Of a stretch of DNA of 64,000 nt, positions 20,076 to 28,352 are shown one piece after another. Made by a program: the position numbers and the translations under genes. The notes under the pieces were generated by a model. It worked only from the letters and a program-made list of their open reading frames with translations. It had not been told where the DNA came from and made no database searches. Origin of the DNA: Candidatus Poribacteria bacterium (GTDB lineage: Bacteria > Poribacteria > WGA-4E > WGA-3G). Position 1 is the first letter of the stretch. The number at the start of each line of letters is the position of its first letter. The stretch covers positions 5,408,001 to 5,472,000 of the forward strand of contig OZ242029.1 in assembly GCA_965205015.1 (NCBI GenBank), written 5' to 3'.

Positions 20076-21023
20076 CTATTGTGGATAGACATACAGATGA
20101 AACACATCGCCGGGCGCGATATCCTCACCCATCAGGCGCAAATCTTTCGATTGCTCCTGCGTGATGTCGACATGCTGGATATAGGCGTAATTCCCGCTAT
20201 AACGGAGGTCGGCGTGCGTGAACTCGATCCGCCGACCGAACCGGTTGCGGCGGTGCGGGGCAGAACGTTGCGTCCACGCGAGCCGAAACGCTGCTGGCAA
20301 CCCATCTTGGATGCGTTGACCCGCTGCTGCCCGCAATGTGAGACCGTTTACATCATAGGCAAGACCGGTAAGCGTGAGACTGTAGAGGCGTGTTGACCCT
20401 GACCAGAAATAGCCCGTCTCTGCGATTGCGGTGAACTCTACAGCGTCGTTGTGAGAGGGGTTCGCGCTCGTATCCGCGGGGATACTGCGCTCTACAGGCG
20501 TGTTGTCTATCGGTCTGCCGTCTGTCGAAGCGTTTTGATACATCAATGAGATTTCCCACGTGTTTTCACGCAACTTCAACGCGTCGGTAAAGATAAATCT
20601 GACGTTCTCGTGTCTGCCGACACCAAAACGCTGGAAATCCGATTCGTTTCGGAAGTTCAAAAAGAAGTAGATGAACTGCGGAATCCCGTTATGCGTCCAG
20701 CGGGTCGCATGGGGCGGGTGAGAGCCCGTGCTCAGGCGCACCCACCGATTCTCCCGTTCAGAACGTCTCACACGCCGAGACCTATACAAAACCTCACACG
20801 CTGCGAGTCTGAATTCCTCGCCGGCTATGTCGTCGATACCGACAGCGTGTTTCGCGGCATACGGAAAAATCAACTCGTCAATCGTGATCGCATCGGGCGT
20901 CCATGAGGGTGCAGCGGGGACAGTCTCATCAGTCAGTGGCAGGGTCCTATTGACAACCCCTTCGTCACCGCAGCCTGATAGCAATGTGATGAAAAAAAGG
21001 CACGTGAAAAAGTTGCGTAACAT
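20076..21023 (-). CDS. putative lipoprotein of unknown function
   Basis: MLRNFFTCLFFITLLSG-C lipobox and GGAGG RBS. Confidence 0.7.
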   Translation of the reverse strand: MLRNFFTCLFFITLLSGCGDEGVVNRTLPLTDETVPAAPSWTPDAITIDELIFPYAAKHAVGIDDIAGEEFRLAACEVLYRSRRVRRSERENRWVRLSTGSHPPHATRWTHNGIPQFIYFFLNFRNESDFQRFGVGRHENVRFIFTDALKLRENTWEISLMYQNASTDGRPIDNTPVERSIPADTSANPSHNDAVEFTAIAETGYFWSGSTRLYSLTLTGLAYDVNGLTLRAAAGQRIQDGLPAAFRLAWTQRSAPHRRNRFGRRIEFTHADLRYSGNYAYIQHVDITQEQSKDLRLMGEDIAPGDVFHLYVYPQ

Positions 21024-21181
21024 GATGTTGCCTCCAGTTCGGTTAGGGTGGGGGTTGTAACCTCACCTGTTGGGGTATTTCATGAGTGTGTTGCCCCGGG
21101 ATCTTCACCGCACATCGCACTATGCTGGGACGGGCTCAGATCGGTACTATCGTCGGGCACAGGCCCAGGGGTCAATATGTT

Positions 21182-21278
21182 CTTTCATATACGCACAGGT
21201 TCGATTAAAAGGTGGTGAAACGGCTTCTACAGATGCCGGAGGACACGCGTTTCAATTCCAAACGGGTTCAATGAGAAG
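21182..21278 (-). CRISPR. orphan CRISPR-like mini-array: repeat, 37-bp spacer, degenerate repeat
   Basis: Minus strand: CTTCTCATTGAACCCGTTTGGAATTGAAAC (30 bp, 21249-21278, ending in the ATTGAAAC handle), spacer 21212-21248, then CTTTTAATCGAACCTGTGCGTATATGAAAG (21182-21211, 20/30 identical). No cas genes in the window. Confidence 0.7.
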
Positions 21279-21309
21279 CCCCAAAGGCAATCTTTTAGAC
21301 GTATCCATC

Positions 21310-21504
21310 TCAAGATTTTCTATATTTTCGGATCAACGCCCCGATACCATAGCAGATCGGCACCCAGACAGCCGTTGCTATCAAATACATTGGCCATCTC
21401 TCAATCGAGTAGATGAAGCCAACAACCCATGTCACGATTGCAACCGTTTTCATCCATCTTTGCTTGAAGGCGACAAAAAGAACCACAGAAATCAGAAAAA
21501 TCAC
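21310..21504 (-). CDS. small hydrophobic membrane protein (64 aa)
   Basis: AAGGAG RBS before the GTG start, two to three hydrophobic segments and a basic C-terminus (RKYRKS). Confidence 0.55.
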   Translation of the reverse strand: MIFLISVVLFVAFKQRWMKTVAIVTWVVGFIYSIERWPMYLIATAVWVPICYGIGALIRKYRKS

Positions 21505-21570
21505 GCCAAAAAACTCCTTACGTGCTAAAGACGCTCGCGAAAAACGAGATTTATACAGGATTCGCCTGTC

Positions 21571-21655
21571 GCCTGCTAAAACCGCTTTCCACGGCGGTGG
21601 ATAGCACTCGCAACGGAGATTGTTGCGAGGTGGAAACGCTATCCAACAGGCTTAT
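21571..21655 (-). ncRNA. putative structured RNA with a three-way junction and pseudoknot
   Basis: P1 GCCUGUU/AGCAGGC, P2 GGAUAGC/GCUAUCC, P3 CUCGCAAC/GUUGCGAG, P4 ACCGC/GCGGU. The bulge UUUCCAC is complementary to the P4 loop GUGGAAA. It begins right at the predicted transcription start. Confidence 0.65.
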
Positions 21656-21660
21656 GTCGT

Positions 21661-21690
21661 ATTATACACTGTTTGCGGGGGAACCGTCAA
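21661..21690 (-). promoter_or_regulatory. near-consensus sigma70 promoter
   Basis: TTGACG-N18-TATAAT on the minus strand, with an A-rich upstream tract. Confidence 0.7.
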
Positions 21691-21705
21691 GTTTTTGTTT
21701 TATAA

Positions 21706-24700
21706 TCACTGATATGCTTCGTTGTCAAGTAAAGCCAAGTACAACTTATAGAACGCCACGCTTTCTTGAAGTCTCGATCCTGTTAACATTTCATGGAGAG
21801 AATTAATCAAACGTTCGAGAGACTTCGGATCATTCTGCGAACTGCGCAGACTTCTAAACACTTCAAGTGTTTGCTTCCTAAAGTTGTCAAATGCCACTGA
21901 ATTCTCAGCCAATTTTCCCCAATATTGTTCATCGTCAGGAAAAGATTCGATAATTCCACTATCTCCAAGAACATTGGTCGTTAACGTCCCAATGGGTAAA
22001 GCCCCATTTTCTTTCGGGCTAATATTCCCCACCGGTTTTATATGTTCAAAGTAGCCTGATACCTCCTGATTGATCGGGTGAAATAACTCCCGACAGGCTC
22101 GCCAGTGCAACTTTATCTCCTCCAACCGTTGGCTAAATCGACGTTCTTCCTCAATCGCATCCAAATCGAACTTATCAGAATTTTTATCAATGTGAACGGG
22201 GTCTTCATCTCCATTTCGATACCTATCCTGAGCTTTATCATAGGCTTCCTTGAGTTGCTTGCTAACAAGAATATCGTTAATGGTGTAGCCAGCTTCCATC
22301 AGATAAAGCACCTGGAGGCTTGGGACAGGAAAATTACCTTCGAATTCCGCTTGTGTTTTAAATCTCAAATCTTCGTCGTCATTCTCAGGTTGAGCAAAGA
22401 GATAGCGGAAAAGTCTTGTTGTGCCACCTTGTTGCTCGAATTTTAATCGGTAGTTCTCATAGTTGGGAGTGAATTCTTGATAAGGACTTGAACGCTTATG
22501 GGCATCCTTGTCAAAAGAAAAATTGGCAAAAGAAAAATTGGGCGCAACTTCATTAAAAGATTCTCTTAACATATCTCTTACAGCCCACTTGAAAGCATCA
22601 GGTTCAGCCCTGAGTAGGAGATCAATTAACTTTTCAAGCGGTGTTTCCGAAAGGACGCGCTGCCCTAAAACATGAGCTACATTTTTGTCTGAGAAATTGC
22701 GATCTGATCCTACAATTAAACCAAATGCTTGCTCGATAGCAGCGATTTCCGTTGCTACGTTGCTGAGTAAGCCATCAATCTCCGCCAACATACGCTCAAA
22801 AGTTATTGAAATCCAGTGATTAACGAGCCTATCATGATACTCCTGTTGAAGCCACTTCAGTGCCGGTTCAAGTTTATCAATATCAATAACGTCCCGATTT
22901 CGTTTATCCCTTCCAAAGATTCCTGTGCTAATCTCTTCAGTTGCAATAGCACCGTCCACGGCATTATCCGCATCTGTTTTGAGATTAGGATCCGCTGCAG
23001 AGTTCAACCCTTTCTGATTTTTTTCAATAAGGTTTTTAACCTCGCGAAGAAAATCTGACTTTGGCTTGAGTTGACAATACCCCTTGAGATTTCTCAACTT
23101 TTGGTCCAAGTCTTTACGAAATTGACGACGATACTGGTCACTATTTTTTTCAAAGACAGTACCATATGCTCCCTTAGGCGTCCATGAATGTAAATAAGAC
23201 TCAGCTTTCATCTTGGCTGTTTTGCGATCATGTGGATCAAATTTAGGAACGGAGGGGTTAATGGCGTCGTCGGTTTGAGAAATTTTTGCTCTTACATCGT
23301 CGAAAGAAACCAGTGTATTCGGGTCAGCAACACCACCTGCAGGGGGACTTTTTCTCCAGCGATCGCGAAGTATCCGAGTAAACCCTTCAACAGTAGAGGT
23401 AATGGTTGAATATTTAGGTTTCCCAGTGATCTCTACCCCAGAACTGAACATGTACTGGACAAATTCCCCACCCTGCCTCACTTGTCCAAAACGATAGTCC
23501 CGCTTTGGGACATTTGCAAGATCTGCTTCAATGCGTGCATCAATCCCAAGACTCCGAGCGAAGAGGTCCTTCGCTGCCATTTTACTAAGTTGTTCCCTCT
23601 CAAACAAACCTTCTGAGTTTACACAATTCCAGCTTTCCATATTGGTAGCAGAAAGGAATGTGGCAACGTGAAATGGGGCTTCGTATGTGTTAATGTAAGA
23701 ACCATTAGGGAACCGAACTTCATACCGCGTTTCAGGGCGTTTATAGTAGTCTAACTCAACGAGACTTGCGTAGCAGTTTGCTAACAAAATAGCCGAGTCG
23801 CCACCTAAAGCAAGTCCCTCATTATACATTGTAAAGATACCGTAAATTCGAGTATCCGCATTTCCGATGTGCCGGAAGTAATAAGCAATGTCCAACAACA
23901 TCCCGCTGCATGTTCCACCGCAGAGGGTTCCCACAAGAAACACGTTGTGTTTCTGATTATCAACATTGATTGCGCTATTGAAATGGTTCTTTAGAAATCT
24001 CTCGGCTTCGTTCTTATGATCTGGGTGTAAGAAAGCATGATATGCCTGAGTGAGTTTGGGTCTAACCGTATTATTCCATTTTTCCCAGAGCGATAAGCGC
24101 CCTGCCATTCGGAGGTTCCCGGCACCCGCACCCGCAAGCTTTACAGATTCGCTATCCAATATCCTTTTATCCAGCCATTTCGCTAGATATTTATCGTATA
24201 CCGGACTCTCTGGGTCTATTCTTTCACGGATCGGATCGGTATACGGGATAGATGTGTGGACAACATCATTAACTTCGTACGGCTTTGGCTTCAATCCTTC
24301 CTGAATTTTAGGGACGCCGCTTTCATACCAACCTTGAATACGATTCTCACCATCCAAGTGAAGATCTTTGCCATTATTCGTCTCATCGGTCTCAATGGAT
24401 ACATATCTGAAAATAGGAAGTCCTGCCTGTCCATATTCGTTAAGGTTAAGTTCCCGAAGATTCGTTAGAATTTCGACACCTGTTGTTCCTAACCCTACAT
24501 ACAACGTCGGTCTGATTTCCATATTCGCACCTCTATTTACAACGGACTTTGGGGCATTTTCAGAAGATGACTGCCCCTCTGCTTGTATAAAATTATCTTC
24601 TCCCAACACTGCTGTCTCAAATTGAAACTGTGTCATCGGTAAAAAACGACCGTCCCCTTGATTCTCAAAGTATTCCCAATGACTCGGACCTGCTTGCGTA

Positions 24701-25008
24701 TTGGCGAATATCCCATAACGCGTCGCTGTTACGTTAAGGTAAGCCTTTAACTGATCGGGACCGTCTCCGGTGACGCCCTCCCTCTTGCACTCTACAATAA
24801 CATCAAGAAGGACAGGAGGGCTTTTGCCTATATTTTCAGCCTCGATCCTATTTTTTTCCGCAATCAGCACAACATCGGCAGACCCTCGAGAACTAAAACT
24901 CTGAATTTGATGTTCGCACTTGGAATAAAAATCCCTGAATTTGGGTTCATTGAAATAGTTTACAACAACATCAACGACTTTAGCTTCCAGAGGCAGTTTC
25001 TCTTTCAT
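21706..25008 (-). CDS. PD-(D/E)xK (HsdR-N-like) nuclease fused to a divergent tubulin/FtsZ-like GTPase (Tubulin_2/FtsZl1 type) with a helical C-terminal region
   Basis: N-terminal SADVVL...IVECKR...QLKAY...YGIFAN. Tubulin-like PTLYVGLGTTG, SIETD, GAGAGNLRMAGRL, GTLCGGTCSGMLLDIAY, ANCYASLVEL. Visibly more AT-rich than neighbouring genes. Confidence 0.8.
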   Translation of the reverse strand: MKEKLPLEAKVVDVVVNYFNEPKFRDFYSKCEHQIQSFSSRGSADVVLIAEKNRIEAENIGKSPPVLLDVIVECKREGVTGDGPDQLKAYLNVTATRYGIFANTQAGPSHWEYFENQGDGRFLPMTQFQFETAVLGEDNFIQAEGQSSSENAPKSVVNRGANMEIRPTLYVGLGTTGVEILTNLRELNLNEYGQAGLPIFRYVSIETDETNNGKDLHLDGENRIQGWYESGVPKIQEGLKPKPYEVNDVVHTSIPYTDPIRERIDPESPVYDKYLAKWLDKRILDSESVKLAGAGAGNLRMAGRLSLWEKWNNTVRPKLTQAYHAFLHPDHKNEAERFLKNHFNSAINVDNQKHNVFLVGTLCGGTCSGMLLDIAYYFRHIGNADTRIYGIFTMYNEGLALGGDSAILLANCYASLVELDYYKRPETRYEVRFPNGSYINTYEAPFHVATFLSATNMESWNCVNSEGLFEREQLSKMAAKDLFARSLGIDARIEADLANVPKRDYRFGQVRQGGEFVQYMFSSGVEITGKPKYSTITSTVEGFTRILRDRWRKSPPAGGVADPNTLVSFDDVRAKISQTDDAINPSVPKFDPHDRKTAKMKAESYLHSWTPKGAYGTVFEKNSDQYRRQFRKDLDQKLRNLKGYCQLKPKSDFLREVKNLIEKNQKGLNSAADPNLKTDADNAVDGAIATEEISTGIFGRDKRNRDVIDIDKLEPALKWLQQEYHDRLVNHWISITFERMLAEIDGLLSNVATEIAAIEQAFGLIVGSDRNFSDKNVAHVLGQRVLSETPLEKLIDLLLRAEPDAFKWAVRDMLRESFNEVAPNFSFANFSFDKDAHKRSSPYQEFTPNYENYRLKFEQQGGTTRLFRYLFAQPENDDEDLRFKTQAEFEGNFPVPSLQVLYLMEAGYTINDILVSKQLKEAYDKAQDRYRNGDEDPVHIDKNSDKFDLDAIEEERRFSQRLEEIKLHWRACRELFHPINQEVSGYFEHIKPVGNISPKENGALPIGTLTTNVLGDSGIIESFPDDEQYWGKLAENSVAFDNFRKQTLEVFRSLRSSQNDPKSLERLINSLHEMLTGSRLQESVAFYKLYLALLDNEAYQ

Positions 25009-25039
25009 AAGTATCCTTCACCTTTATTTACTAAAGTTT

Positions 25040-25967
25040 ACCTAAGTTGCCACTAATCTTCAAATTGCATTTTTATATTTGTGGCGATAAGAAATAAAAA
25101 CAGTTTCAACTCAAATCCGTGGGTCTCCGTCACGGCGTGGATGGACTTGGGTAAAAGTTTTTCAACCAGACTATTAGTCACTTCAACGCGTTTCCTGTAA
25201 CGCTGCTGTAAGTATACTTCGTGAGGTGGATACTGACGCTTTGCATTCTTCTTGCGCAAGGGTTTGAACGCAATACCGACATCACCGAGGGCATCTTCAA
25301 TGGCATAGGTACAATAGGCTTTATCGGCATAAACCACCGATCCTTGCGGGAGATCAAACGTATAATATCACATGCCTACAACATCGTTGCATCCGCCCGG
25401 AGTGAAGAACGCTTCAACGATTTCACCCGTCTCGGAAACCCTCAGATGCGCCTTCAGTCCATAGAAATGCCGGCGTTTGCTGGCGATCTTGCCTCGCCAT
25501 GTTTCGCCTTGATACCGGCGACACCGAGAGATACGGATGTTATCACAGACGACGACAAGAAAGGTATCCACCGAATAGATATTATTGATGTTCTCGGTCT
25601 TCGCCGTTTCAACCAACTGTTCAAAGAGCGTCTGAAACAGCGGTCTGATCCGATGAAGTCTACGATTGTAGCGAGAGTGTCGAAGCATATTTGGAATATA
25701 TCCCAGCGTCTTCAAAGCAGCGCACGCGTTTCGGTGGTTGCCTGCGAAGTATCTCGCCGCAACGACTACCGTGGTCATGACTTCAGCATCTGTCATCTGT
25801 GTTTGTGGATGCTCTCGATGTCCGAGTGAAATTAAAAGATCGTCACAAATCGTATAAACTGCTACAATAGTTAGGTCCATGGGAGACTCCTTTGGTTTTA
25901 TCGTGATGTAAAAACTATAAAGGAGATCCCATGGATTTACAACTTTTTTATAGGTAGCAACTTAGGT
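25040..25967 (-). mobile_element. IS982-family insertion sequence with an inactivated transposase
   Basis: IRs ACCTAAGTTGC / GCAACTTAGGT. Homologous to, but diverged from, the copy at 19003. Right flank TATTCTA. Confidence 0.88.
25053..25880 (-). pseudogene. IS982 transposase with an in-frame premature TGA
   Basis: ORFs 25368..25880 and 25053..25337 share a frame (VGM*YYTFDLPQGSVVYADKAY). The stop aligns with an Arg codon of the intact copy. Confidence 0.88.
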
Positions 25968-26043
25968 TATTCTACAAAAGAGTGAACAGGCTAACAGCCT
26001 ATTCTACAGCAAATTGTCCAAACTATAGTCACTCTTAATGATA

Positions 26044-27255
26044 TTACTGAGGGGGTCGTATTTTCTCAGTCAATTCTTCGTCAACGGTGATTGCCAGATG
26101 CCCTTGGGGTCCGACCATCTTATTTACCATAATTGACTCAAGTTCTTTATGCTCAAGGGCAGTCAGTTCCTCTGCCAAGGGACTGTTGATAAAGTCTTTA
26201 TAGGGACGACTTGTATCCATAAACGGCATGATGTACATCGGAATGACCGCCTGCAACATCGCTGCTCGCTTATGTGGCGTGCGATTTACACCTGCGCGAT
26301 GCCAAACCCGAGAATCGTAGACGATGTAACTCCCCGGTGGTGCCTCAACGACATCGGCATCCGGTCCGGTGTATGGCAATCCTTTGGACTCACGGTGTCC
26401 GTCCTGCCTTGAGGTATTTCCGTTTACCCACTCGACGGGTGGACCTTGACCGAATGTGTGGGATCCGAGTTTGAAACAGGTCGCCCCGTTTTCCTTACGA
26501 AATTCCGAGACGCAGAGGTTTCGTTGGACTCCCATGACCAAGCCATCAACTTGGTGAATCGGGATTCGGTTGGCAACTTCACTGCCGGCAATACCCCAGA
26601 GATAGGGAAAATCTGAGTGCCACCCTTGAACTTTCCGTCTGCCATCGTCGGGTGGGAGGATTGCAAAGCCTGGCGAGTGGCCGAGACGGATTTCCTGCGT
26701 TCGCATGTACTGACGCATCAGCCATAAGGAGACGGGTTCTGTCGCAATTTTCGCAACCGCTGCAGTCTCATTCAGGGGAGGCATACGTCGCTCGTAAGTG
26801 TCTTCTTCCCAGCGACCCGTGCAGCTCACCCGTTCCAATTCTTCGACAATATCAGGTGCGATGATGGAGGGGAGGCAGGCCCATCCGTTTTGCTCGAATG
26901 ATTTTAGGTATTCGGAGGGCAGATGTGCGGGACCATGTCCTGCAGAAAACACAGCACCTTCAGATGCTATGCTGCCATCCTCCATAAGCAGAATTCCTTT
27001 ATGACGCAGGTAGCAGCCATCTTTAACATCAGCGGGTTCCGCTTCGAGTTGGATTCCGGTAACGACATGACGATAAGTATTGCTGCCTTCAACCTGCTCC
27101 CATATTGCATCATCGTCAACATAATGAAATATTGAAAGTTCGTTGATCTCGGATACACCAAGAAAATCGCCATCGGGGTTCCGAAGTAGTGTAAAGTGCG
27201 CCGACGGCTTTTCAACCCGGACAACGCGTTCCTGAAACATTTCGTCTTTCACCAT
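26044..27255 (-). CDS. phytanoyl-CoA dioxygenase (PhyH) family Fe/2OG oxygenase
   Basis: GWHSDFPY, NGAT...GSH, YDSRVWHRAGVN...R. Confidence 0.85.
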   Translation of the reverse strand: MVKDEMFQERVVRVEKPSAHFTLLRNPDGDFLGVSEINELSIFHYVDDDAIWEQVEGSNTYRHVVTGIQLEAEPADVKDGCYLRHKGILLMEDGSIASEGAVFSAGHGPAHLPSEYLKSFEQNGWACLPSIIAPDIVEELERVSCTGRWEEDTYERRMPPLNETAAVAKIATEPVSLWLMRQYMRTQEIRLGHSPGFAILPPDDGRRKVQGWHSDFPYLWGIAGSEVANRIPIHQVDGLVMGVQRNLCVSEFRKENGATCFKLGSHTFGQGPPVEWVNGNTSRQDGHRESKGLPYTGPDADVVEAPPGSYIVYDSRVWHRAGVNRTPHKRAAMLQAVIPMYIMPFMDTSRPYKDFINSPLAEELTALEHKELESIMVNKMVGPQGHLAITVDEELTEKIRPPQ

Positions 27256-27301
27256 CGGTGTTAACTCCTGAATAATGATGAGATTCTACGTTTACATATA
27301 T

Positions 27302-28336
27302 CTAATGGACAACGCCTACCTCGGCAAGCCATGCCTCCAGTAGCTGCATGTTGCCGAGCGTATCGTCCCAAGACATCGCCGGTGCTTGCCGGTCTGCGAT
27401 GTGGGCGGCGACTGTATCCGCTTCATAGGTGAAGAGGTCCCGATCAACGTCGACTGTAATTTCTTCCCGACGCTGATGCGCGTCAACGATAATTTTTGTT
27501 GACGGGAAAGTTGTATCGAGTGGTAACGGCTCTCGTGCGTGGCGGCAGAGCGATGAAGGTAACCAAGGGCTTGGGATGGTAATTGAGCCTTCTGTGCCGT
27601 AGATAAAGACGCTGCTCCCAACGCTGCATTCAACGGCGGCGATTATCTCCCCAATGATGCCGTTTTCAAACTTAAGGGTCGCTGCTGCGATATGGTCAAC
27701 ACCCGTCGGACCCACTTTGCCGTTCCCTTTTATTTCGACAGGATTCAGGAACAGCTTGTTTTCAGCGGCACCCGCCATTTTGCGAGTCATTGAAGCCGTG
27801 TAGCATCCGATGTCGAGGATACCGCCGCCCCCCATTTCGCGGTTGAAAATTCGGCTTTGGGGGTTAAAATTCGACCGATAACTGAAAGTTGATCGGATGA
27901 CCCGGACATCGCCGATTGTTCCATCTTGTATCAGTTCAACCACCCTCGCGACCTGTGGATGGGTCCGATACATAAAGGCTTCCATGAGAAACACATCGTT
28001 TGCGCGTGCTGCGTCTACCATCGCAGCGGCTTCGGCGTGGTTCATACTGATCGGTTTCTCGATGAGGAGATGTTTCCCCGCTTCGGCACATTTTATTGCC
28101 CATTCCGCATGAAGTGGATGGATCGTGGCAATATAGACAGCGTCAATATCGTCGTCCGTTAGCAAGCCATCGTAGTCATTATATTGGCGAGGAATGTTGT
28201 AATCGTTAGTGAGTCTATCTATCTTGGATTGGGTGCGACTCGCAACGGCAAGGATCTGCCCGGAGTCCGTAAAACGCATCCCGTTGCAGAAGACATAAGC
28301 GATGCCGCCTGCCCCCATAACGCCCCAGTTTAACAT
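27302..28336 (-). CDS. Gfo/Idh/MocA family oxidoreductase
   Basis: WGVMGAGGIA, IEKP, GGGILDIGCY. Start placed at MLNWG. Confidence 0.9.
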   Translation of the reverse strand: MLNWGVMGAGGIAYVFCNGMRFTDSGQILAVASRTQSKIDRLTNDYNIPRQYNDYDGLLTDDDIDAVYIATIHPLHAEWAIKCAEAGKHLLIEKPISMNHAEAAAMVDAARANDVFLMEAFMYRTHPQVARVVELIQDGTIGDVRVIRSTFSYRSNFNPQSRIFNREMGGGGILDIGCYTASMTRKMAGAAENKLFLNPVEIKGNGKVGPTGVDHIAAATLKFENGIIGEIIAAVECSVGSSVFIYGTEGSITIPSPWLPSSLCRHAREPLPLDTTFPSTKIIVDAHQRREEITVDVDRDLFTYEADTVAAHIADRQAPAMSWDDTLGNMQLLEAWLAEVGVVH

Positions 28337-28352
28337 ATTTTGTCTCCTCCTA

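Noticed and set aside
21630-21650. Self-targeting of the structured RNA by the mini-CRISPR spacer
   Set aside because: The resemblance (GTGGAAACGCTATCCAACAG versus GTGAAACGGCTTCTACAG) is gapped, short and away from the expected seed end.
21571-21655. tRNA or hammerhead identity for the structured RNA
   Set aside because: No TTCRA T-loop, anticodon arm or CCA end, and no CUGANGA core.
21070-21806. Plus-strand ORFs 21070..21528, 21413..21604 and 21522..21806
   Set aside because: They overlap the minus-strand promoter, RNA, membrane ORF and repeats, and show no protein motifs.
25368-25370. In-frame TGA in the second IS982 transposase as selenocysteine or programmed readthrough
   Set aside because: It aligns with an Arg codon in the intact copy, so a CGA-to-TGA nonsense change is the simpler explanation.
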